DNA of 64,000 nucleotides from the human T2T-CHM13v2.0 reference genome, Homo sapiens, in assembly GCF_009914755.1 (NCBI RefSeq), contig NC_060933.1. One strand, given 5' to 3'. The notes below the pieces were generated by a model. It worked only from the letters and a program-made list of their open reading frames with translations, did no database searches and was not told where the DNA came from. This document shows positions 26,101 to 40,494 of this stretch, one piece after another (the stretch's first letter is position 1; each line of letters begins with the position of its first letter). Position numbers and translations under genes: made by a program.

Positions 26101-27449
26101 ATATGACCTTTGGGTTTTTTGCCTTATTTTAGATGTTTTATTATTTACATCTTTTCTACTAGTGAGGAAGCTGGGTCAAACACGGCATTAAGTGGCAGAG
26201 CTAGGATTTGAACTCAAGGCTTCTGACTCTTGGTCCAGAATTCTCTTTCTCCTACCTAGTATAGGGTATCCTGAAATAAATAGAAAGTTATGATATTCTC
26301 TTTACCCTGAACCCCATTTTTAGTTAGAAAAAACTTACCTATCTCTGAAATGAACCCTGACACCCCTCGAATGGAGTTAAATCTATGTCTTCTTAAATTA
26401 TCCAAAAAAAGTCATACCCTCTTAAAACATTTCATCTTATTCTAGATAAAACTAACTTATTAATCATTTTAACATGTCTTGAAGGTATTCACCATGCTCA
26501 TTTCTGTATTTGGAAGATATATTTACCTAGATAGGGTTTACCTAACTAGCTGTTAATATGCAGTGCTCTTCAGAGCCTGGTTAGGCACAAGCTGAGTTTG
26601 TTGTTGTTTGTTTTGTTTGTTGTTTTCATTTGTTGATGAATCAAATGGAGATTCCACTAGGTTTACTAGATGCTTAAAAGTAGTTAGAAGTACAATGTAA
26701 GAACTGTTATAATAGGGGTGGGGGCTAGGAAGATAACTCAATCAGGGATATCAGGGAAGGATTCTGAGGAGGAGTGGTCTGAAACAGCTCTTCCAGGTTT
26801 TGCCAGGAGGAGCAGTTGGTGAAGGGGCATCCCTGGAAGATGGAACAGAGTTCCTATCATTTACCATGTCTCCTTGGACAGAAACATGGCATATGATAGA
26901 GCATTTGGGGAACTCTACGCAGAACATTATTATAGGAGCATAAGGACAAAGTAAGAAGTTAGAGGCACTAAGATTGAAGAAATCAGTCACCGCCATAGTA
27001 TAGCACGCATGTACAGCAGATTACTGTGGGCATTTTCCCAGAATTTCCTGATTTTTCCATTGGAAAAGCAGAGTTTCTTTCCATCTGAGGGAGCTTATTT
27101 AAGTGTGTTATCAATTCTCCAAAGGGTAGTGGTAATCTTACAGCTCAAGAATGAAGAGATGTCCACATTCTTACCACCTGGCTTTGGAACAAAATGGAAA
27201 TGTCCTTGCCACATTTAAAGATTAGAGAAGAAAAAAAATTCCATTTTACAGTAATTCCTCAAAAGATACAGATTACACCCTTATATCTTTAGCCTGTGCT
27301 TACTTGGAATTCTTTTCATAAGATAATAAAAAAGGGGGAGCTACTACAAACTATTCTCGGGAAATTGAAATATTAATAGTTGTGAAATATTAATAGTTGT
27401 GTTTTGAATGGGCTTCCTTCCATAGAACTGTAGAGATGTTGTTTGGGGT

Positions 27450-27769
27450 TTTTTGTTTTATTTGTTTATTTATTTACTTATTTATTGAGACGGAGTCTCA
27501 CTCTGCTGCCCAGGCTGGAGTGCAGTGGTGCTAACTTGGCTCATTGCAACCTCTGCTTCCTGGGTTCAAGTGATTCTCCTGCCTCAGCCTCCTGAGTAGC
27601 TGGGATTACTAGGTGCCCACCACCACGCCTGGTTAATTTTTGTATTTTTAGCAGAGATGGGGTTTCCTTATGTTGGCCAGGTTGGTCTCGAACTCCTGAC
27701 CTCAAGTTTACCACTTGCCACAGCCTCCCAAAGTGCTGGGATTACAAGTGTGAGCCACTACTCCTGGCC
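27450..27769 (-). mobile_element. AluSx-like
   Basis: Full reverse Alu dimer with a (TTTA)n tail. Confidence 0.95.
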
Positions 27770-30700
27770 TTATTTTTGTCTTTGTTTGGCCACAGAGACC
27801 AACATTAAAAAAATCAGCCAAGGACAAAAGTAGGAAGCCATGCAAGAAGAAATAGAGCTTCAAGAGGTAGAATAAAGCTATTTTTGTTTTTTCAAAAGGA
27901 ATCAGGGGGAACAGTGTCCAAGCCATTAACAAGTTTGTGTTTGGAAAATAAGCTCTTTCTTAAATCATATTCTTGAAAAATATTTAGGTTTTGAAAACAA
28001 ATTGTAAGCAACTCAGTATTTCTGCCAGTAACTTATAAAAACAAAATATTAAACTTTAGGGTTGGGAGGAATCTGAACATCTAGCCAGACCAATCCCTCT
28101 CACTGGTCAGATAAGAAAACTGAAACCAAAGAAGCAGTTTGTTCAAGGTCAAACAACCTACTTCTAGCATTCTTAACCTAGGCTCAAAGAAGGTTAGAAC
28201 TCAAATGCAACTCTTAAAGTTTATGTAATATGGTAACTAAATTGGATAGTCCCTCAAAACATAAATTGTCTTTAAGTGACAAGATCAACAAAACTTTGAG
28301 GATGAAGAAGCAGAGGAGTAAACAGAGAAGGAAAGAGAGAAGGAAGCTAGGTACAGTCAGATTTCCTGCTTGGGTCAATTTAAATTTGCTGAAAATAATT
28401 TTTCAGAATAACGGTAACTAGGACTCATCCTTGTCAGAAAGTTAGAGATATCCCGTGGTTTGTTCATCCCATAACAAACTTCAATTAATCTTTCATTTAG
28501 CAAACAGGGTGGTCTTGGACATCTCATACAACCTGTGGTGAGGAATTTTGCATGGGATAACTGGAATGTTTATAAGAACTTTGACCAGCATTAAGGTCTT
28601 GAAATGTAGTCTAAACATGAAGAACAAAGATCTCACACTGGGATGGAAAACCAGTGATTTGAAGTCAGGGGGCTAGTGTACTCGTCCCTGGTTTGGCAGT
28701 TTATTTAAAACATTAGGCAAGTAACCCACTCACACATCCCCTCTCTAGTGGCCAGTAATTCCATCTGTAAAATGGTGGAGTTCACCTTGGAGAACCTTAA
28801 GAACATCCTCTTGTTTTTATGCCTCTGTCTACAGGATTATCTCTGCCTGGAATATCACTCTTTTTTCCTTCTTTGAAGTCATCTTCCATGATTCTTCAGG
28901 CATTGCCTCTTTCAGGAAGGTTTGCTTACCATACATTCTTACCCTACAGCCTGTCCTAGCCCAAATCAGGAGCTCTTCTTCAGGGCCTCACCCCAACTTG
29001 CTCTTATTATCTTTATCAAAACACTCTATAAAATATTCCAGACATTTAAAAAATCATTATGATGATAATAATCACCTAATTAATGCCTGCACGCTAAAAC
29101 AATTCTTGGAGTCCCTTATTTTGGTCACAGAATTTAGAAAAATGTTATCTCGAAATTATCCCTTCACTCAACTATCTCTTCACTATCTTCGAGGAAGCCT
29201 AGAACTCATATGGAAATTTCTTGGAGTTCCTAAAATTTGGTAACTAAAGGATATTTCATCCAAACTATAACTTGTCTTTCAGGGATAAAAGCCACAAAAA
29301 TTATAGGGTGAATTTAGTGGAGCAAAAAACAGATCAGGAGAAAAAAGAGGAACGTCAGGGATAATATTTAATCCATTCTGAAATTACTAGCATCAAACTG
29401 CTCCTGGTACACAGTGGACATTAGACATTAAATATGTAGTTTTGAAAGTGACCTAAACTGTGCTCGTAGTCAAGTTATCTGAAATAATGGGGTTATAATA
29501 AAAATCCAGTTTCTCATAAGCCCAAGATAAAGGTCAACCTTTTAAGTATTTCTTTCAATGACTTAAATGGACTTATTTGCAGCAGCTTCATGGCAAAGCC
29601 ATGATATCACTGGTGACTTCTGTGTCATTTATTTAAGCAATGTTTCAATTGTGCTGTCCCCAAACTGTAGCCAAAACAAGCTGTCCAATTCCCTGAGGCA
29701 ATGGCCAAGGCTTGGAAACCATGAGTATACACATGCCTAATTCTCAAGGGGAAAAAGCATGCTTAAACCTTTAAAGTACTTACTTGTATTCAGGTCTTCA
29801 AAGTTGTTGTTTGGCTTTATAGTAAACAGGATAAAACTGTCTGGAGAAATGTGAACATTTAGAGAAGGAGATATGCGTGTATATGCTTTAATGAAGGTGG
29901 CAACTTTATTCTTTGAAGTATCCAGAGAATTATGAAAGAAGACTTAGATAATCACAAGGCAACTTCTCCAGAAATGAGTGCTCATCAGTGAAAACCATAG
30001 TGTACCTCTGTGTATGGTTCCTTGATCCTGGTGGGAGAAACTGCGATTCATTATGACTGTGTAAACACTGGTGCAGAGGAAGGAGACTTGATCTAGGGAT
30101 TGGAGTTGTCAAATGTTCCAGTGACCTTCTGTGTGACCTTCAGCAAGTTGTTTTTACTCTCTGAACCTCTGTTTCCTTATCTACGATTTTTCTGTAATTC
30201 AGTGATTTATATACATTGCCTGGAAGAGGGACCGGCACATGAGAGGTATTTAACAAGCATATGTTTTCATTCCGTGATATGCAGCCTTATCATTTGCAAC
30301 AACTTCCTAGTCTGCTTATTGCAAGGTATCTGGGATTCCCTAGATAAAGTATGCATTGCCAAGGCTCATGCTTTTATTTTGCTCTATTCTCTCAGGAGTG
30401 CTTTCTTCCTATCTTTTCTGCCTAAAGGATTGTAGATAAAATGAAGGGCTGCCAGTGTAATTTGAACCTCAAATAAACAACAGATAAAACTGTAGTATAA
30501 GTATGTCCCATATATTGCACAACACGATCTTTTTGTTTGCCTAATCTGGCAAAGATATTGACTTAACACACACTAATCTGTTGACAGGTAGGTGAAATAT
30601 TTGAACTTCTACCTTGCTTCTCTAATCCTGTCCTCTCTTCCCTTTCTCATGGCGTTTAGTAATCCTTTTCCCTGTGTGCTTAGTAGTACTTTGTCCAGAT

Positions 30701-31997
30701 TTTTACTGTAGTGCTTATATGTTGCTGTGTCTATCTGTCACTTCATCTTCTCTTTCTCTTTCGCTACCTGCCACAATACACAGTGCATCCCTCAAACTTT
30801 CAAAGATCCGATCTTTCACCTGTGTTCTGAGTCCCATCCCTTCATATCTTTCTAAATACGCCACACTGGCCTGGTTTTCCTCTTACCTTTACGGCTACTT
30901 TATCTCATTCTCTCCACATATACCACTGCCTTCTTCAGAGAATGCAGGTCTTTTCCAGGGCTTCTTTATTCCTGCTTTATTGCTTTCTCTCTCCCTTATT
31001 GTTTTCTTTCTCTCCCTTTTTGTACTCTCTTCCTGTCTTTTTATTAGGCAGCTGAACTTTTCAAGATCTCACTCCTCTCTCAGTTACACCCTCATTTGTA
31101 TTTTCAGCCTAGACTCTTCATTTGCATTTTAGACATGCATATGTGATAGCCTACTTGACATGTCTGCTTGGCTACATTGCATTCATTTCAGGCATAATAT
31201 ACCATAATAATAAAATGATAATATCAACTTAAAGTAAAAAATGTTTGAGTGGAAACAGGAAATCAAACAACAAAAGATATTCATTAAAATCTCTTCTGCA
31301 GGAGGTGAAGAGGGAAGCATCTTCTGAAATTGAAGAACTTGGATTCTTTAAAAACTAATATGTTGAGAATGGAGAGTACAAGGGAAATGAATGATGTGAC
31401 TTTTCCATAGTAACAACTCACATTTTCCCCATAACATTAGAAGATTTATTGAAGGAAAATATTGGCCATTTAAGGGTTTATTTGTCTAGAAAAGACAAGT
31501 GGTGGGTGTGGGGGTTAAACTCAATGTTCATTATTGATGGGGGCATGTTGTACTGTTTGAAATGCGGTGTTTGTTGAAATTCTCAAAAGCCTTATCAGAA
31601 CAATCAGTCCATATAAAGCCCCAACACCAACTGTAAAACCATGAGAGATTTTATTGTATTTAATATTTCTGAGCTGGCCAAAACCAGCTTTTATTCAAGA
31701 TGGTTTTATGCTTCCACATTTGGACTGCACTGGTCTGTGAAAACAAACTAAGGAGAAAGTTAAAAAAAAAACCAACTCTTAATCTTATGGCTCCTTTTAA
31801 AGAGAACAGCTAGATTTGGGGAGAGAAATGGATCAAGGTGGAGAACAAGACTTAATCACTTATTTAGCAAATACGTCATGCACTGAGCTTAATTTCATAA
31901 TTATCTCACTTAATCCTCACTAGGATCCTGAACTATAAGTATGACCCTTCTCATTTTGTAGATAAAGAAGCCAAATTTTAGAAAAGTTATACTCATG

Positions 31998-32143
31998 ACG
32001 GCAACATAATTTTCAAGGACCTTGTTAAAAAATTATTGAGCATTTCGAGGTACCAGTAGCAGAACATAAAATCAGGCATGAGGCCCTTCTAAGCATAGGG
32101 CTTTATGTGACTTCACAGGTCACATGCCCATGAAGCCGGCCCT
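31998..32143 (-). mobile_element. MER91A-like hAT-Tip100 DNA transposon fossil
   Basis: Reverse strand begins AGGGCCGGCTTCATGGGCATGTGACCTGTGAAGTCAC, matching the recalled MER91A 5' end. Confidence 0.75.
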
Positions 32144-32872
32144 TGTCAGTCAACTCACTCCATGGCACAGAGTGAATAAATGGGAGAATCCAAGATTAAT
32201 ATTCACCCATTTACATTTACGCTATGATTCATGCTCCTCTAAAACTCTCAAGTCAATTCAGTCTTTCCCTTCTTTCGTTTATTCCCCATTTAGCTGTTAG
32301 ACTTCTCTTGTACTATTTTACAAAAGGCTTTTTGAATGTATTGGTCTTTATTTTTTCACATATAAAGGCTTAGAAGTGAGGGCTGGGCACTGATCACTGT
32401 ATTGGGTGATATCCCAATGTCCCATTTCCATCCTGCTCATTTCTTTCTCAAAGTGTGTTTATATGTCAGCCAGCTCTTCTTGTGTTTTGGGCATATATCA
32501 GAGATTATCTTCAAGAATTAACATCCACAGAAGCTCAGCTTCTGAAAGTAGCCTCCTAGATGTTTATAGCCCATAAAATGCTTATAGGATGTCAGTCACA
32601 CTCTGGCACCACGCATCTTTGAAACAGAAATAATCCTAGCGACCACTGAATCCTTCAATCTCATTTTCGTTTTAAGGTTGTTGTTTTGTTACTCTAATTT
32701 CTGTTATGATCGGTATACTGAGGCCCAGAAGAATCAATAAGTCGCCCAAGGTCATAGAGTACATTAATGACAAATCTGGGACTAAACAAGTATCTTAAGC
32801 CCAAACATGAGATTATTTTTTTTAAAAAAATGAGCAGTTGCTATCTAGTTAATCTCTTCCTTGGTTCACTAA

Positions 32873-33194
<322 letters not shown>

Positions 33195-33769
33195 TTAGAT
33201 ATGTTCTCAGGTTAACAGCTGAATAAATAACAAAGAATGTCATTGTGCCTAGCAGCTAAGACTGTGGGAAGACTGAGTCTCCCGTTCTATGCCTCACCCT
33301 GCAGTATAGGAAGATGCCACCTGGGTCAGCTGGGTCATCTTGGATAAAGTGGTTACCCCTTAAAGACTAATGTGCCACTTGCATGGTTAAAATCTTGGCT
33401 CAAGTGGCTTATTGGATTATACAGCTTTCTCATGACAGTCGCACGTCTCTGAAATTCTCATGAACTGCTGTTTGGAAAGACTACAGTTGCTGAAAATAAA
33501 CAGGAACCAAAAAATGCAAGCTGTCCTCTGTTCCCGGGAAAACCTAACTGTGCAAACAGCTTCCTACCCATGAGGGACAGTACAGAGCCAGGTATAGGAT
33601 GACTCACTGGATTTATGAATCTTCTGTCTGTTGAGTAAGCAAGCACTGAGGATGTTTACGATATATTTTAGTGTTCTTTGAAGGTGTTACACTAAATGGG
33701 GAAATGCCCTCACCCTTAATGGCCTTAATAATGCTACCATAATATCCTGACTACATTCTCATAAGCAAT

Positions 33770-34061
<292 letters not shown>

Positions 34062-36726
34062 TAAGGAACCTTTATATTAGTGAGTAATAGCAACCACACA
34101 GTAAGTTCATGTTGAGTGTCTTGTCAAATGCTGACTAGCACTATGAATATAAAAACTGATCACTTGATTGTATCCAGCAGTCCATAACTTATAGAATAAA
34201 ATAATTTACAGAGGCATCTAATTCAGGCCAAGCCTCTTGGCAAACTTAATTCATGCTATGAATATTTATTGATTTAACATTATGACAGTCTCTGTGCTAG
34301 AACTCAGGTAGGCTGTCCAAGACAACTTAGAGCTCATGGCTTAACTATTCCAAGCACATGAGTTTACTAACAATTTCCATTGCATCCAGGAAGCCTTCTT
34401 TTCTTATCTGAATTCCCATTAATCTATACCATTCACTAGACCCTTGAATTCCAGGCTGGGTTGGAAAATCATCCAGCCCAGTATATCACAAAGTGAGGAA
34501 TGTGCACTATTAGTGGTGTGCAAGACAGTTTGGCAGTTTAAACTGGTAAACTTTAAAAAAAATTTATAAATAATTAAACACTAACCCTCACAGTGTGATG
34601 ACAATTGTGATGGAGGTGTGCCCAACATGGAAGCCTGTTTTGCTTACTGCATAATGCTGAAGATGCTAGTGATGAGTTTTTCACCTGTATTTATAAAAAA
34701 CTTCTCAAATCCAGAGTCTGTGTGATGAGTGGTCATAAGAATCAACTCTGATTTCTAAGACTTCCTCCATGTCTCAATATCCTGTTTTTCCTTCTCTTCT
34801 TTGGGTGTCTGAGATTTCAGGTGTAAGGAGAGTCTTCTTGGTGGGGATAATGTCTAAACAGATACAATATTTATAATCTGATAAATCTCAAAGGTGTGTC
34901 TCTACCTAGGACCATCTCAAGCTTGAGAGGCTTATATCAGATTGCCTGTTCAATGTCCCTACTTAGATACCTAGTACATATCTTTGTGCAGCCTGATCCC
35001 TGTTGGGCACCGTTTGATGATGAAGTGGAGACTAAAATCCAGACACATCTACTTGGAGGAAGGAGTGCTTTTTTTTTTCTTTTTCCTTTTTTTTTCTCTT
35101 TTTTTGCAAAAAGACAACTTTCACAAGTCAAGTGATGGGTTCTTGGGGCTTCCTCTACCTAGAGGTTCTTTCTAATTCTGTACAGAAATCAGGTCTTTCT
35201 CTAACTTGAACAAATATATCCTCTAAGTTAGTAGTAATTTTGCCCTTAAGCAAAAACTATCATGGTATCTATGGGAAAATGAAAAAAATTTAAGATGCCT
35301 GAAGAAGCTAGAAGTGAATAATAAGACTACTTTCTTGATAACTTCTACATATTTTTATATTTTTCATATTTAACCTTAAGTTGAGGTATTTTGAAGGGAG
35401 TGATCTTACTTTACTCTTCACATATAGCAAACTGAAGAAATTTTGCTGAGTGAATGGATAGACATGGTCCTAGAAAACATATTAGAAGTGGGCAAATCAC
35501 AGTAACAAATCACCGTGTGTGTGTGTGTGTCTACTTAGCTATACATTGATACAAACAATTATTAAAACAAAGTAGATTGAGCCGTGAGAGGGCTTATTTT
35601 TCAGATGCTATTTGAAAACACTCGTTAAGCCATACTGGAAGGCTTCAAGGAGCTCACTGTTAAGACAAAAGTGAATAAACAGAGGAGGTAACAAATTATA
35701 CTTAGAGCTAAGTTAGAATGAATTCATTCTTGCTATGGAATAACAGAGGAGGAGCTTTAGCCAGGCTGGATAATTTTTTAAATCTTCTTCAACACTTAGA
35801 ATAATTTTAGAAGAGTGAATAGGAGTGACTTTATCAGCAGTACAGAGGATGAAATGTCTAAAATAATACTTGTGTGAGTGAAATGTCTAAAATGCTGGGG
35901 AAGGATGATTTTCTTGACTAGAGGCATCTGCTGTTATCTGGTGGCCCAGAGCTTAGGTTTCAAAAAGGTACAGAAAGGGTTGTGGGAAATAAATTCTGGG
36001 GCCCACGTAAATTTGAAGATCAGATTGGAGATGCCTCATAATCTGAAATTCCTAAGATGCAACACATCAGTGGGTGAACTAGAGAAAACCATGTTTTTCA
36101 GAGGCATGTGATGGAGTTATTGGCCTTGGTTCTGAGAGGAAGAAAAAAGAAAATTCCCTTAAAACTTCCCAATCATAAGCCCACTCTCACTCAGGTTTAG
36201 AGCTGTAATTCAGACAACCTTTGTGGCACAAAACATGTTAATCTAGACTTTAAAGTTCTGGATTGGTAATGCCTCTAGACAAATTTCCGTGAGGAATGCA
36301 CTCTCAACATAGGTTTTAAATATTTCTGACAAATATGGACAAGTGAATTGGAACTCAAAATAAAAAATCACAAAGCACATAAAAATTAGTGGTATTATAA
36401 ATAAAACTCAGGAGAAACATCAAACAGTATAGTCATATGCAAAAGACTACTTGTACGAATATACAATGTAAAACACTTTTATATTCATTATGTTCTTAAA
36501 AAGAAACAAAAAAATCAATAAGAAGCAAGAACTTGTTAAAAATGGGTCAGGTAAATTAGGTAAAAGATCAGAAATTATAGGAATAAAAATATGATAATTG
36601 AAATTAGAATTACATTGGATATATTAAACATCAATTAAAGCTAGAGAGAAAAATCAAGAATTGACCGGGCAATGTAAAGAGATTAAACAGAGAACAATGC
36701 TAAAGTATAATAAGATAGAAAATACA

Positions 36727-37156
<430 letters not shown>

Positions 37157-38975
37157 TCAAAAGGCATTATGCAAAGCAATAGTAGCAGTTTAGTGAATCC
37201 TAAGTAGAAAGACAAAGACACACATAAACTAAATAAATTATAGTAAAACTACAGTGACATAGGAAAACATCAATAGCAAAGAGACATTATTAAAATATGA
37301 CAGAAGAATAAACCAGCTTAAGTCAAAGGCATGAAAGTTAGACTAGCTGCTAACTTTAATCCACAGAAAGAGGAGAGTGGAACATTTCAAATTATTGGAA
37401 AAAATCAAGCTGGAATTGAATATCCAATAATACCAATTTAAAAACAATAGTAAAATCAAGACTTCTTCAGATAAACAACTGAATTCACTACCATTACTAA
37501 AGTAATTTAAAAAAATAAAATTTGGGAAGGAAAAAAATAATCCATAAAAGAAGGTCTGGAATGCAACAAGAAATACTGAGAAAAAAATGTTACCCATGTG
37601 GATAAGTCTAAACAAACCTTGACTATCTATTTGAAATCTAGAATTAAAATTCTGCAATAAACAGTATATGTCATGTAAGGATAATGAGAATTACTATGTC
37701 CTTAGATTCTTGTGTTCAGAAAGAGAAAGTAAATATGGACTAACTTTGGATGAAATGAAGCAGGTACAGTATTTAATTTCAGAGAAACACTGTAATAATA
37801 GAAATCTAGTAGGAGACTTCCAAAACAGCACAGAGGAGGGAACAATATGGAGTAAGGAGAAATAAATCCCTAATCAGTGAAATATTTTAAATGGGCAAAA
37901 CATGAGAAAAAAGGAAAAAGCATGAGAATAGAATGCATAAAATAAAATGACAGAAACAAATCCAACTATATTAATACTCAAAATTAATGGCCATGGACTG
38001 GAGTTTTTAGGTTAAAAAAATCGCTAGATTGGATTTTTTTTCCCCAAATGAGCTCTCTGATTTTAAAAAGAGAAACACATAAAACATAAGGCCAAAAAAA
38101 GAAGTAAAGAATGAAACAAAATTTTACTAGGCAAACAGTAATAAAACTAGGTTGATATAATGATCATAAATGTAGACTTGGAGGTAGAACTCTTTACCAG
38201 AAATAAAGAGGATCACTACATGTTGATTAAATGTTTCTTTTGCCAACAAGAGATAATATTTGTATGCACATATCATTTAGTAAAATACAGAGCACAAATT
38301 AAGAAATTTTCAAGGAACAATGGATAAAGCCGCTATCATATTAAAATATTTTTAAAAACATCATCTTCTCACAATTATTAGATTAGCCATTTGTTTAAAG
38401 AGTCTCTGAGGATACAGGAAATGTAAATGTCACAATTAACAACCTGGAGCTAATGGATGAGAGAAGTTGTCCCTGGCTGTGTGTGTACTGGTGGTATGAA
38501 GCGTGTGTGGATATATCCCACACACCCCAAAACCCACCACAAACCCAAAAACCGTGTTTCATATAACATCTGAAAATGCTAGTTTAAGGCATATTTTAAA
38601 ATTAGTGAAAATATTATTGAATATTAGAAATATTAGTGAATATTAGTGAAAATCAACCACATACCAGTTCATAAAAGAAGTCTGAAGAATTAGCTTATAT
38701 AAACCATATTATTTAATCAAAACACACAAAATAAACAAAAATAAAACATAATCAAATATGTTGACAATTTGAAAACATACATCTAAATAACTTATATTAC
38801 AAAGAAAAATATTACAGAAATTTTAGTATGCTTACAACTGCATGATTGGAATACAACTTAAACAAAATAGTGGAATCCAATTAAAAGCAGAGCTTAGTGA
38901 CTAATTCATTGTTTTTTATGCTTTTATTACAAAATAAGAAAGACTTAAATTTAAGAAAAAATTAGAAGAGATTTG

Positions 38976-39607
38976 CAGGAGGCCATTATCCTTAGCAAAC
39001 TAACACAGAATCAGAAAACAAATACTGCATGTTCTCCCTTGTAAGTGGGAGCTAAATGATGAGAACACATGGACGCATAGAGGGGAACAACACACACTGG
39101 GGCATATCGAAGGATGGAGGGTGGGAGGAGAAAGAGGATCAGGAAAAATAACTAATGGGAACTAGGCTTAATACTTGGGTGATGAAATAATCTGTAAGCC
39201 TGGGGGCAGTGGCTCAGTCCTGTAATCCCAGCAATTTGGGAGGCCGAGTTGGGCAGCTCACCTGAGGTCAGGAGTTAGAGACCAGCTTGGCCAACATGGT
39301 GAAACCCCGTCTCAACTAAAAATACAAAAATTAGCCAGGTGTGGTGGCAGGCACCTGTAATCCCAGCTACTTGGGAGACTGAGGCACGAGAATTGCTTGA
39401 ACCCAGGAGGCGGAGGTTGCAGTGAGCTGAAATCCTACCACTTCACTCTAGCCTAGATGACAGTGAGACTCTGTCTCTCAAAAAAAAAAAAAAGAAAGAA
39501 AGAAAAGAAAAAGAAAAATAGTCTGTACTGCAAACCCCCATGACACAAGTTTACCTTGTAACAAACCTGCACATGTATCACTGAACTTAAAATAAAAGTT
39601 AAAAAAG
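38976..39607 (+). mobile_element. L1PA 3' end (about PA11-13) interrupted by an AluSx
   Basis: GGCCATTATCCTTAGCAAACTAACACAG...AACTTAAAATAAAAGTTAAAAAA; continuous once the Alu is removed. Confidence 0.85.
39197..39513 (+). mobile_element. AluSx-like
   Basis: TSD AAATA(A/G)TCTGTA inside the L1 3'UTR. Confidence 0.95.
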
Positions 39608-39627
39608 AAAGTATTTGCTCAACTATA

Positions 39628-39961
<334 letters not shown>

Positions 39962-40045
39962 TTAAACAAAAAAGAAGCTAGAATAAAAAAAAATCAGAAA
40001 ATACTATAGAGCAAAATTACAACCTAGTCTCAGATAAGCCAGAAG

Positions 40046-40338
40046 TTTTCTTTTTTTCTTTTCTTTTTTTTTTTTGAGACAGAGTCTCACTCTGTCACCC
40101 AGGCTGGAGTGCAGTTGCTGGATCTCCACTCACTGCAAGCTCCGCTTCCCAGGTTCATGCCATTCTCCTGCCTCAGACTCCTGAGTAGCTGGGACTACAG
40201 GCCCCCACCACCACGACCGCCCAATTTATTTTGTATTTTTAGTAGAGACGGGGTTTCACCGTGTTAGCCATGATGGTCTCGATCTCCTGACCTCATGATC
40301 CGCCTGCCTCGGTCTCCCAAAGTGCTGGGATTACAGGC
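40046..40338 (-). mobile_element. AluY
   Basis: CTGCAAGCTCCGC and CACCGTGTTAGCCA diagnostics; TSD AAGCCAGAA. Confidence 0.95.
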
Positions 40339-40494
40339 TTGAGCCACCGCACCCGACCAAGCCAGAATTTTTAAAAATAATATATAGTATTTAAATGTGT
40401 GAGTATGTAAAATGAGTTAAACAATTAGAAGGCTTCACAAATCTTTTAATTAGCATTTTGTGCTATTTAACAATCATTTTATTATTATTATTAT

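Noticed and set aside
22981-26450. Perfect minus-strand donors (AG|GTAAGT at ~22986, 24226, 26338) suggesting a gene
   Set aside because: No strong paired acceptors or consistent reading frame, and one lies in a MIR; cannot be supported without RNA data
30674-31132. 152-aa hydrophobic ORF resembling a membrane protein
   Set aside because: Non-ATG start in pyrimidine-rich, L2-like sequence; the Leu/Ser/Phe bias is compositional
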